A stretch of 57,878 nucleotides of DNA from a virus. Its lineage: Duplodnaviria > Caudoviricetes. Location: positions 1 to 57,878 of IMG/VR virus record IMGVR_UViG_3300033149_000867, one strand, 5' to 3'. The translations under genes and the position numbers were made by a program. The notes beneath the pieces were generated by a model. That model was given only the letters and a program-made list of their open reading frames with translations. It was not told the origin of the DNA and ran no database searches. Shown in pieces: positions 49,201 to 57,035 of the stretch (the stretch's first letter is position 1; each line of letters starts with the position of its first letter).

Positions 49201-50700
49201 TATACAACTCACAAAACAAAACTTGAAAATAATGGCTTCAACGCAACACAACCTTATCTTTTACAGTTCAATGATAACAGATGGTTTGACTTGACAAATG
49301 TCTATGAAATTGTTGATTATGACACGGAAAATTACATTGGCGTTGAATTTGATGGTTCTGAACGTTATGACTTTACAAACAACGAAACATATTATACATT
49401 TACAAACAAATTAACAATTGAGACAACCGTTGTTCCAGATGATATTACAAATATAACTGGTATTGTCCAAAAAGTTTTGAATTTTGGATTGGACTTTAAA
49501 GACGGCGTTTTGAGATTTAGCATTTATGACCAATCATCAAATTCACATGTGTTAGAAAGCGATGAAAATGTTTTTGAAGTTGGTAAAAAATACGACATAA
49601 AATGCATTTATGAAGACCAAAAATTAAAGATGTATATAAATGGTTCGTTGCACAAAGAAATGGATTTACCAAACGACATTTATATACCAGACAATACAGA
49701 GACAATATATGTTGGGTCTGCTGGTTCATCTGGAAGTGCGTATTTCAAAGGCAAAATCTACAAACTCATAGTCAAAAACAAAAATGACGAAATTGTCTTA
49801 AATCTTGATAAAAATTCGGCGTCTAATTATAATTGGTATGATATTTCGCCGATAAGAAACCATCCGACCAAAAACGGCTCACCGTCCATCTCACAATACA
49901 ACAAAGCCTATTTGATAAATGGAACATCCGATTACATTCAAATTGAAGACCCACAAAATTACGAAAATGACTTCACAATTGAATTGATGTTTAAGTTGCA
50001 CAGTATTACTGGTTCTGATGTGATTGCGTGGTGTTCTGCGTCTGATTACACAAATAAAAGGTGGTATTTGGCAACACGTTTGAATAGATTAGCATTTTAC
50101 ATTTATGAAGATGATGCAACAGCTCATATGATAGTTGGCAACCAAACACTTGAAACTGACAAAATTTACAAAGTTCATCTTGTTAGAAAAGGAACAAAAG
50201 CTTATATTTACATAAATGGCGAACTTGACAACGAAATTGATTTGTATAATTTGTTTTCACTAAACAGCTCATCCACCTCTTACATTTATATTGGTAGTGA
50301 AATTGGCGTCGCACCAGCCGACATGACATTCTATTCACTTAAAATTTTCCCATATGGATTTACTGAAAACCAAGTAAGATATTCGCAATTTGCTTCGCTA
50401 TTGAACCCAGTTGTTGATTTGAGTGAATATGATGTGCATGACAACTACATGATAGATAATGCAAAACAGGTGAAGATTTCAAATATAACGGGTGGTGTTC
50501 AAGTCGTCGATGGCGACAACATCAAAATTGATGGCATCAACACAGTTAGAGAGGCAACCCATGTAAGATTTAACAAACAAATCTATCCAATTGACAAAAT
50601 TGAATATGAAAGTAATAAGAATTCGATAAAATATTGGTTTGACACAAAGAAAGTTGAAATAGGCGAAATCTTCCTATCGATGTTAAAAGAAATAGAGTGA
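46252..50700 (+). CDS. Tail tip/hub protein with about five inserted LamG-like domains and the N-terminal half of a metallophosphoesterase
   Basis: Hub segments (MSGYIQKI, YNKITITG...LEKLADEVL) interleaved with LamG repeats; ADLH, LGDLFE, WGNHD at about 48961-49285. Confidence 0.8.
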   Translation: MTLRYHILDGDTYKYLGEALNFKYSRGLGKLELCTFTTYKIPELKVGNDVNIVISDDKYNWYELMSGYIQKITEKDDLYSVEVVAKTIDLKNEMFRQSQYILLDFEDYTEGETPDKTDGNWDLSSTTLSDAIDVRIKSNLSFSDVGKNTLLFKDLDTNDNYYVEYSHGVEEVLKGVISFGVYIAQLHEISTDVAVHYFSVDFGSSGTGLTFSFRKNATTYDVEMKIESGATSSGWITIYDMSSTGYSIGKFFNITAYFDYNNDSLAVYVNGEKIYENSSFSFDVGGSSKLIFGSATSYISVFLYDNIVVYDLTEHISNPSSNYIRTKPLFNQETADRLLYYLGYDGWSYYGNEDLFDDYAINISTTNNSKYFMTSKILRGCVGIKHYKYDSFNKILYVGKAQDDTTLKLQLKFNEGDGTTAYDGSNYNNDGTINGAKWVEGKYGWALEFDGTNDYVVVSDDSSLDITDALTISAWLRPTDITTNATYTILRKDESYRISFQNNGQTLSFGLWDSGGTLNELDVSIDSEEIVDGRWHLVVATYDGSFMKLYLDGKLIGYKEDIFSIQSTANDLYIGSNGGSSEFYKGYMDEIRIYAKTFDEDMVSDLYKFGEYYLTVDYDEDYCKIGETNGLMTVNEKRKVLSSDEQYNKITITGYNKSRLPISASAGEGKPEKTFYYEEIATKSELEKLADEVLNYYKKQSGYEVEGTFYCYDHTKRPKKLLLETTSNIELIQSTYPITLHTKLIPLAQPCSLFTVYNSYNLSIENNKIVFRYYDGSNVNVVQSDDISSLINKNEPISITLMISENKEISVYVDKVEVINFTASTMQKITNSDIYYGYMLFPTVGSIATHQFLYELYISTDVNKDLLPRIFDGDYPMRNAVVLLTPYTVDKTDEIWYNALYQRPYVFGLVADLHIGQSNGYYDYNKKLSRKMLLGKTDYNIYLGDLFEDTTDDRNDFINTFKNLEAKEQIFVWGNHDYGDGTNYTTHKTKLENNGFNATQPYLLQFNDNRWFDLTNVYEIVDYDTENYIGVEFDGSERYDFTNNETYYTFTNKLTIETTVVPDDITNITGIVQKVLNFGLDFKDGVLRFSIYDQSSNSHVLESDENVFEVGKKYDIKCIYEDQKLKMYINGSLHKEMDLPNDIYIPDNTETIYVGSAGSSGSAYFKGKIYKLIVKNKNDEIVLNLDKNSASNYNWYDISPIRNHPTKNGSPSISQYNKAYLINGTSDYIQIEDPQNYENDFTIELMFKLHSITGSDVIAWCSASDYTNKRWYLATRLNRLAFYIYEDDATAHMIVGNQTLETDKIYKVHLVRKGTKAYIYINGELDNEIDLYNLFSLNSSSTSYIYIGSEIGVAPADMTFYSLKIFPYGFTENQVRYSQFASLLNPVVDLSEYDVHDNYMIDNAKQVKISNITGGVQVVDGDNIKIDGINTVREATHVRFNKQIYPIDKIEYESNKNSIKYWFDTKKVEIGEIFLSMLKEIE

Positions 50701-50750
50701 ATTTGCTTCTTCTTTTTAATTTAATTTATATATTTAGTCGAATTTAGAAA

Positions 50751-50865
50751 ACGTTATGCGTCATTGGAAAATATATGAAATTTCGCCATAGAGGGCAGGT
50801 TAGAAAATTTCGAATGGTTTTATACTTACCACCTATCTAACCCCCTCTCAAATCGCAAAAATTTG
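50751..50865. repeat. Degenerate ~115-bp intergenic element, copy 2
   Basis: Matches 13001-13115; stem AGAGGG-ca-GGTTAGA / TCTAACC-CCCTCT. Confidence 0.65.
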
Positions 50866-50883
50866 CTATTTCTGGGCAAATTC

Positions 50884-51486
50884 TCAAATGAGTTTAGACC
50901 AAATTTTCAACTTTTCAATCTCCAAACATAAGTTTAAACTAATTTCGTATGGTATCAAACTACGGAGAGCCTTCCTCATTGGTGATGGTGGCAGTTTCCA
51001 TTTACCATAACATTTTTTATTATCGCATTTAAATTTTGGAAAATTGCCCCACAAATAACGACTTCCACATTTCTGCCTGTATTCACCAAAAACTGGATTG
51101 AGATATTTAACAGCACCACGAACATTTTCAACAACCCATATATGTGGTTCAAGCATATCTATGGCATCTTTTGTAGCATAAACAAGTTCCATTGCCCCAT
51201 CAATATCAACTTCATCTTTACCATACCAGGGCATACTGTCCTTGCTGAATTCATCACATGGTGGAGATGCAAGAATGACATCAAAATGTGTTTTCTTTAA
51301 TGGTAATTTTCTAACATCTGCTTGAATTGTTGGTTTAAACATTCTATCAATATCAATTGTTATAACTTCATGTCCTCTCTCAACAAATGCTTTACTAAAA
51401 CCACCCAAGCCAGAAAATAAATCAAGAACTTTCAATGTTGTATTTACTCCGTGATTTGCTGTCATATCTTTACACCCCATCAACAC
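50884..51486 (-). CDS. Short DNA (cytosine-5) methyltransferase
   Basis: LDLFSGLGG (motif I), ASPPC (IV), VENV (VI). Confidence 0.85.
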   Translation of the reverse strand: MLMGCKDMTANHGVNTTLKVLDLFSGLGGFSKAFVERGHEVITIDIDRMFKPTIQADVRKLPLKKTHFDVILASPPCDEFSKDSMPWYGKDEVDIDGAMELVYATKDAIDMLEPHIWVVENVRGAVKYLNPVFGEYRQKCGSRYLWGNFPKFKCDNKKCYGKWKLPPSPMRKALRSLIPYEISLNLCLEIEKLKIWSKLI

Positions 51487-51558
51487 TACATTTTACAAAT
51501 ATATAAATTGTTTGAACACCAAAAACTTTATAATATATTCAAATGTAAAAGTCATAAT

Positions 51559-52005
51559 ATGAGATTGATTGGATATATGTTAAGGAAAGTGTTTAACGCA
51601 TTCAAAGTAAGGAAATACTATGTAATCAAACCAGAAAGTCTCAATACAAAGAAATTTTTTATTCACATAAGAAAAAGATATCTTGATGTCAAATACAGAA
51701 CCTGTGATTACAAAGAATTTGAGTTTTTTGTAAAAGTGGTCAGACCAATTTTCAAAGATTTAATAAAATACAAAAGAGATTATTTCGATTGCGACGACTT
51801 TGCACAGATGTTTTGTTCATTGACAAAGTTGTTTTTGAAAATAAATGCGATTGGAATTGCAGAGGGCTACCACAACAGAGAAAGACATAGATGGAACATT
51901 TTTATTGACAAAGACTACAACATTTACTTCGTTGAACCACAAACGTGTAAAATTATGAAGATAGATGAGGCGACTAATTACTTATGTGATTACGTAGAAT
52001 TATGA
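51559..52005 (+). CDS. Papain/transglutaminase-like cysteine peptidase (agglutinin-C/MOA-like), putative lysis enzyme
   Basis: FDCDDFA, HRWNIF, VEPQ (Cys-His-Glu triad); start inferred from TATA at about 51525. Confidence 0.65.
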   Translation: MRLIGYMLRKVFNAFKVRKYYVIKPESLNTKKFFIHIRKRYLDVKYRTCDYKEFEFFVKVVRPIFKDLIKYKRDYFDCDDFAQMFCSLTKLFLKINAIGIAEGYHNRERHRWNIFIDKDYNIYFVEPQTCKIMKIDEATNYLCDYVEL

Positions 52006-52040
52006 AAAAAACTTTTATATTATGTGTGCAAATAAATTGA

Positions 52041-52226
52041 TTGGTGATTTGTATGGTCGATGAAAACCCACTTTGGTTGCCAAAAGGAAGTGTTCGTAGC
52101 ATAATAGCATTGTCGTTGGTATTTACGACTTGTTATCTTGTGGTTTTCGTTGGTGATATACCAGAGGCTTTACTCGGTCTCGTTGGTGCTGTAATTGGTT
52201 TTTATTTCAAGGTGAGAGAGGGGTGA
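52041..52226 (+). CDS. Small two-TM holin-like protein
   Basis: PLWLPKGSVRSIIAL...VIGFYF. Confidence 0.65.
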   Translation: MVICMVDENPLWLPKGSVRSIIALSLVFTTCYLVVFVGDIPEALLGLVGAVIGFYFKVREG

Positions 52227-52229
52227 TGT

Positions 52230-52499
52230 GTGTTGTTAGAAAGTATTGAAAAAAGAGTTGAAGAACTTGAAGAAAAATATGAAGAAATAACAAATCGGAT
52301 TTTTGGTTTTGAAAAACAAATTTTAAGTCAGTTTGGTTCATTGTCTGCAAAAATTGACGTCCTTTCGGAAAAAGTTGAACAAATAAATAAAACACAAGAA
52401 AATTCACTTAATAGAACTTGGGCAATCGTAATGACAATTCTCACAGCAATGTTGTCCTTTTCATTTGGAGTAATAATAAGTTTCTTTTTTGTAAAATAA
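52230..52499 (+). CDS. Coiled-coil protein with C-terminal TM (holin/XhlA-like)
   Basis: Heptads followed by a hydrophobic tail. Confidence 0.65.
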   Translation: MLLESIEKRVEELEEKYEEITNRIFGFEKQILSQFGSLSAKIDVLSEKVEQINKTQENSLNRTWAIVMTILTAMLSFSFGVIISFFFVK

Positions 52500-52680
52500 A
52501 ATTAAAAATTATTTTTTGGAATGTGAGTGTGAAAGAAGACACATTAACTCACTTTCAATACTATCTCTCATATAACCCCATGAAATTTTCCCTTCTTTCC
52601 AAAATTCAATTAACATTGTAATTCTACCAAGAAAATAAGATATTCGTTGTTGTTCTTCACCTTCCAAATAAATCACCACC

Positions 52681-53115
52681 TCAACTTGAACTTGTCGAAT
52701 TTGAAGTAATAGATGTTTCAATATATGGTGCAATCATGAACATTCCTTCGACCCCATCTATCTCAATTCCATATATGTCGTTTGTATAATATTTCAATAG
52801 AAGTTTCACATCTTTATTTTCATAATCTATGTCAAGTATTTCCAAAATTCTGATAATATCGTTGTAATTTAACAACCTTTTTGTTGTGTTTTTTGCAATT
52901 GCGATGAATTCACCAATGAACTCCTTTGGCAACACCATATAACATTCGAATACAATACCCAATGTATATAGGTTGTCATCTCTATCAAAGTCTTCTCTTG
53001 TTGTATAGAAAATTGTTCTTCTAACACCATTGCCAATGCAATTTTCCAACATACCATTTAATTTGACCCAACCATTGTCAAATAACTTTTGTTCAACTTC
53101 TTCTTTCTTCATCAT
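52681..53115 (-). CDS. Hypothetical protein, C-terminus weakly sliding-clamp-like
   Basis: Ends GMFMIAPYIE; SD GAGGTGG. Confidence 0.6.
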   Translation of the reverse strand: MMKKEEVEQKLFDNGWVKLNGMLENCIGNGVRRTIFYTTREDFDRDDNLYTLGIVFECYMVLPKEFIGEFIAIAKNTTKRLLNYNDIIRILEILDIDYENKDVKLLLKYYTNDIYGIEIDGVEGMFMIAPYIETSITSNSTSSS

Positions 53116-53384
53116 AAATTACCACCTCTTTTTCTGAAAACCATATCATCTGGAAGTTTTGCAATGCATTGAAATATCTAAATTTTTTCATCTTCATTGG
53201 CATATTTATACATCCGTAGCAAATACATCAAATTAGAGATATGTTTCCCAACATAATTTAACAATTTACTATCACGAATTTCTAATTTTTCTTCGATAAA
53301 GGCGTCATTTGACATCAATATCAAAGAACATTCTGAAATTGCATTTAAAATATCATCAATACTGTATTTATTCACTTTCACCAT
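53112..53384 (-). CDS. Hypothetical protein with in-frame TAG at 53178-53180
   Basis: Read-through adds IFQCIAKLPDDMVFRKRGGNL and ends in an ATGA overlap with the 53115 start. Confidence 0.7.
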
Positions 53385-53560
53385 GAATTCTCACCTTCTT
53401 TTTTAAAAATTGAAAAAACTCTACCACATTTTCGACAACGGAATTGATATTCAATTTCATCATCCATCAAATCTCTTGGATAAATATTCAGCACCTCAAC
53501 ATAATTATCACCACACCTCACACACCTCACTTTACGAGTTATCATTGCCATTTTCATCAC
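53378..53560 (-). CDS. Zn-ribbon protein
   Basis: CVRCG...YQFRCRKCG. Confidence 0.7.
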   Translation of the reverse strand: MMKMAMITRKVRCVRCGDNYVEVLNIYPRDLMDDEIEYQFRCRKCGRVFSIFKKEGENSW

Positions 53561-53741
53561 ACACCTCCTTCTCTAACGAAACGTTGCAATCAAAAAACAA
53601 TATTGTCAATTTAACAGTATGGTTTTCAAATCTTAAACTCTGTCCATCAAATTTGATAACCACCCACTCTTCGTTGTTCAAAATTTCATTGACTTCCTCA
53701 CTAATAATGTTGTCAATAATAATTTTACCCACACAAATCAC
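53532..53741 (-). CDS. Small hypothetical protein
   Basis: ORF track, operonic. Confidence 0.55.
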   Translation of the reverse strand: MICVGKIIIDNIISEEVNEILNNEEWVVIKFDGQSLRFENHTVKLTILFFDCNVSLEKEVCDENGNDNS

Positions 53742-53750
53742 CCATCTCTA

Positions 53751-54266
53751 TTATTCACCAATAAGGTTTTTAATCTTTTCTATGTGGCTACGTAAGTCGA
53801 ATTCATCGCCCAATAACATTTTCAATTCCTTTATTTCTTTGTGAGCCATTTTTTCAATATCATCAATGTTATAATTACACAATATTATTTTTTCATTAAG
53901 TTTCCTATATAACACGGACACAACACTTATCTTTGCAATTTCAAGTTCATTCTCAATCATCATTTCCTTATCTTTCTTTAACCTATACAATTCATGTGTG
54001 AGCATTTGAAATTCATCTATCATATTTTCAATTCGTCTATAAATATCTCTTTCATTTGCATAGAGAACAAGGTATTTTGCTTGTAAATATTGTAAATCGT
54101 CCAAAGTTGCCTCATTTGTAAGTATATCTCTCAACAATTCATTGACAGTCTTCTTTTCAGTTGTCATTCTCAAAACCAATTTTTCGTAAATATCTTTTGG
54201 CAAATCTATTGTAATTCGTTTTGTCTGATAATTTCGGTTTCGTTTTGTGTCTTTCACAAATGCCAT
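53751..54266 (-). CDS. Ribbon-helix-helix DNA-binding protein with coiled coil
   Basis: KRITIDLPKDIYEKL...TVNELLRDIL. Confidence 0.7.
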   Translation of the reverse strand: MAFVKDTKRNRNYQTKRITIDLPKDIYEKLVLRMTTEKKTVNELLRDILTNEATLDDLQYLQAKYLVLYANERDIYRRIENMIDEFQMLTHELYRLKKDKEMMIENELEIAKISVVSVLYRKLNEKIILCNYNIDDIEKMAHKEIKELKMLLGDEFDLRSHIEKIKNLIGE

Positions 54267-55397
54267 TTACTCAATCCACCCCGTCAAAACTATTTTTCCT
54301 TCACGCATCACTATCATTGAATTTTCTTTCATCTCTCTCAATATACTCATTGTTTTCTTGTAATCCCACCCAACCATCACACAATCTTTAATTAAATCGG
54401 ACAATTTCATCATATTGTTATTTTCTTTCAACATCTTCACTATAATTCTGTGTTCCGAACCCAATACTATTTGACGTCTCCAAACAAATGATTTGTCCAA
54501 AATTCTCTTTAATTCTTTTTCTTCATCAATACTTATCACGATATTTCGCCCAAAGTCTGTTGTTGCCAATGTGTAGCCAAGTGCCAATCTGTCAAATAAC
54601 AAAACTTCATAAGGATATGTGTTTTTCTTTTTGTAATATTCAATCATGCTTTCGTCAAATTCAATGGATTGTATTGTTTTTAATCTTTGTCTAAATTTGA
54701 TTATTTCTTTTTGTATTTTGTCCATTTCTTTACCATTTGACTTAACATTTTTTGTTCTATAAATATGGTCAATTAATTCGTCAGCATCTTTCTTTGAAGG
54801 ATAAAATGCCATAAAGAGAAATCTACGACCAAGACCAGATGATATATCAAAACGTGATGGTTGAATTGCTCCCCAAATTGTGCAGTATGTTGTATAACTA
54901 ATCTTACCATTTGCAAGTGCTTTATTCACACGACCACTATCCAAAATTGAGAGTAATTGAGTGTCAAGACCATTGCTATTCGCACTTCCAATATGTGTTG
55001 TTATTGCTGTGAATTCATCTATTCCAATAATACCAGTTGCAAATTCTTCTACAATTCCTTTTGACCTTTCCCTCAAACCAACGACATTAGTGTAAGTTCC
55101 GACCAATCCTGCCTCCGTAATTTTTTGAACAAATACTTTATTAACTGGTAAAATTGGGTTGTCATTTCCTATGAATTGTTCAATGAAAAATGTCTTCATA
55201 AATCCAGCTGGTGCAACAAAAATCAAATGTAATCTTGAATTTGGTAATCTACCACCTTCATAATAAATTTTGTTTTCTTGATTTACAAGGTTGAATTCGT
55301 GCATTGCAAATGAACTGACGAAATATGGTGAATAAATTTTGTATTTATAGACACCTCTTCGTTCCAACTCGTCATTTATCGCTTCAAGCAACACCAT
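54267..55397 (-). CDS. Minimal MCM-like AAA+ helicase
   Basis: Walker A APAGFMKT, ITEAGLVG, Walker B GIIGIDEF, arginine finger LGRRF, wHTH-like tail; no N-terminal OB/Zn domain. Confidence 0.75.
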   Translation of the reverse strand: MVLLEAINDELERRGVYKYKIYSPYFVSSFAMHEFNLVNQENKIYYEGGRLPNSRLHLIFVAPAGFMKTFFIEQFIGNDNPILPVNKVFVQKITEAGLVGTYTNVVGLRERSKGIVEEFATGIIGIDEFTAITTHIGSANSNGLDTQLLSILDSGRVNKALANGKISYTTYCTIWGAIQPSRFDISSGLGRRFLFMAFYPSKKDADELIDHIYRTKNVKSNGKEMDKIQKEIIKFRQRLKTIQSIEFDESMIEYYKKKNTYPYEVLLFDRLALGYTLATTDFGRNIVISIDEEKELKRILDKSFVWRRQIVLGSEHRIIVKMLKENNNMMKLSDLIKDCVMVGWDYKKTMSILREMKENSMIVMREGKIVLTGWIE

Positions 55398-55406
55398 TTT
55401 TCATAT

Positions 55407-56057
55407 TCACCTCCTTATTTTTTGTTTTCTCGTCTTAATTATATTCTTCGCAGTTGTCTTACCAATTCCTTTAATTTTCATCAATTCACTTTCACTCATA
55501 GTCATTACATCTTCATAAGTGTATTTGCCCAAATCAACTGTCTGTGGTATATCTAATAGTTTCTTAAACAATAAATCTTTTCTCACAAATTTTCTTGATT
55601 TAGTTAAACCAACTTTACCTTCATCTGCCTTTTCCATCACTCTCAACATTGTATAGATGGCGTCATTCAAACTTTCAAACCACATTACAGCGACTTCTTC
55701 TCTGACAAATAAAGATGCAATATAACCATAAATTTGTTTTAATGGGACATTTAGATATTCATTTGGATGACCATTGATTAAAAGAACACAAAATTTATTT
55801 GTTTCCAACATTCTTGCAATTTGACTGTCCAATCTGTGTTTTTTAGTAATTGAAGAAGCCAAATCCATAAATGATTTCCTTTCGACAATACAACATTCAC
55901 TTTCGTAATCACCACATTCGAGTTTCTTCACCACGACATTATCAAATATTTTTTGGTCTAATGCCACCTTTTCAACAAACATCTTAATGAATTTGTCTTC
56001 TCTACTATCAATATATAATGTCTTACGTTTCTCATTCACCATTGACATCACCATCAC
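55407..56057 (-). CDS. ERCC4/XPF-family nuclease with helix-hairpin-helix
   Basis: IDSRE, GDY, VERKS..DL..S, IKGIGKTTA. Confidence 0.88.
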   Translation of the reverse strand: MMVMSMVNEKRKTLYIDSREDKFIKMFVEKVALDQKIFDNVVVKKLECGDYESECCIVERKSFMDLASSITKKHRLDSQIARMLETNKFCVLLINGHPNEYLNVPLKQIYGYIASLFVREEVAVMWFESLNDAIYTMLRVMEKADEGKVGLTKSRKFVRKDLLFKKLLDIPQTVDLGKYTYEDVMTMSESELMKIKGIGKTTAKNIIKTRKQKIRR

Positions 56058-56568
56058 ATTTTAATTCAACAAACATCAGTCTTTCTGGTAATAATTTCCA
56101 GCAAAACCATGATGAATTAAACCACACCCTGCCATCATCGTAGTTAATTCTCCTATCAAAAACTAAAACTTCAATCCCATATTTTCTAAATAATTTACCC
56201 CGCTCTACACCTTCTAATGTTGTAATGGGTAATAAAAGTGCAAACGGCTTCCCAAGTTCATAACATTTTTTCAAAAATTCTGTTTTTAATGAGTATGGTG
56301 GATTTGTAATTATAACATCAAAATCAAAATCAGGAATATCGGTAAGAAAATCAAAATTTCTTTTAACACTTGTTGAAATTACTTTATGACCTCTTTCTCT
56401 AAATAATTTTGTTATATTACTCTCACAATCATCTGTGCATTCCCATATCACATAATTTTTTGGTATAAATTTCATTAATGGTTTCACAGCATATTTTGGT
56501 GTATAATAATCGTCGTTTTTGTCCCTTTTCACATATTCAATCATTGCCTTTTTTACCAAACAAATCAC
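56032..56568 (-). CDS. Probable DNA N6-adenine (amino) methyltransferase
   Basis: DDYYTP, IWE, IITNPPYS, FALLLP. Confidence 0.75.
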   Translation of the reverse strand: MICLVKKAMIEYVKRDKNDDYYTPKYAVKPLMKFIPKNYVIWECTDDCESNITKLFRERGHKVISTSVKRNFDFLTDIPDFDFDVIITNPPYSLKTEFLKKCYELGKPFALLLPITTLEGVERGKLFRKYGIEVLVFDRRINYDDGRVWFNSSWFCWKLLPERLMFVELKCDGDVNGE

Positions 56569-56785
56569 CTCTATTCACTCTTTCCAACCAAATCAACGTA
56601 TAGACAACCAAATCACGTGCATTGTCAATTTTATCTTCTAATTTAACACATCTTGCAACTCTATGAGCCTTCATTACAATTTGATGTTCAATTGTTTCCA
56701 AAGGAACTTCATAAACTGGTTCAACCAAATACTTTTTACCTCTACTATTTTTCAAATTTAACAAATCGTTAATTATATCTTCCAT
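56537..56785 (-). CDS. DUF1599/MazG-like nucleotide-modification-associated protein
   Basis: RGKKY...KAHRV...DNARDLVVY all-alpha pattern. Confidence 0.5.
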   Translation of the reverse strand: MEDIINDLLNLKNSRGKKYLVEPVYEVPLETIEHQIVMKAHRVARCVKLEDKIDNARDLVVYTLIWLERVNRGDLFGKKGND

Positions 56786-56849
56786 TTACCAAACACCTCC
56801 CAATAGGATACCAACCCATAATGAGAGAGCAAATGCCCACCAATACACT

Positions 56850-57035
56850 TTACCTTTCTCGTTCATATTTAAGTTCCTCCTCCATGTGCCTTTTTCCTTT
56901 TGGGCATCTCTTTCCATATGGGTTATAATTGCACCCAATCTTTTGTGCATCAAATCCACAAATTCTGCATTGTGGTGGTATAATTTCTAAAATACGTAAT
57001 AATTCAATGTAGCTATCAACATATTCTTTAATCGA
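56850..57035 (-). CDS. Small Cys-rich protein
   Basis: CRICG...C...CP; start inferred within ORF 56850..57116. Confidence 0.5.
   Translation of the reverse strand, partial: SIKEYVDSYIELLRILEIIPPQCRICGFDAQKIGCNYNPYGKRCPKGKRHMEEELKYERER

Noticed and set aside
53748-53753. TAG directly after the TAA stop of the RHH gene
   Set aside because: It follows a true TAA stop, so it says nothing about TAG decoding
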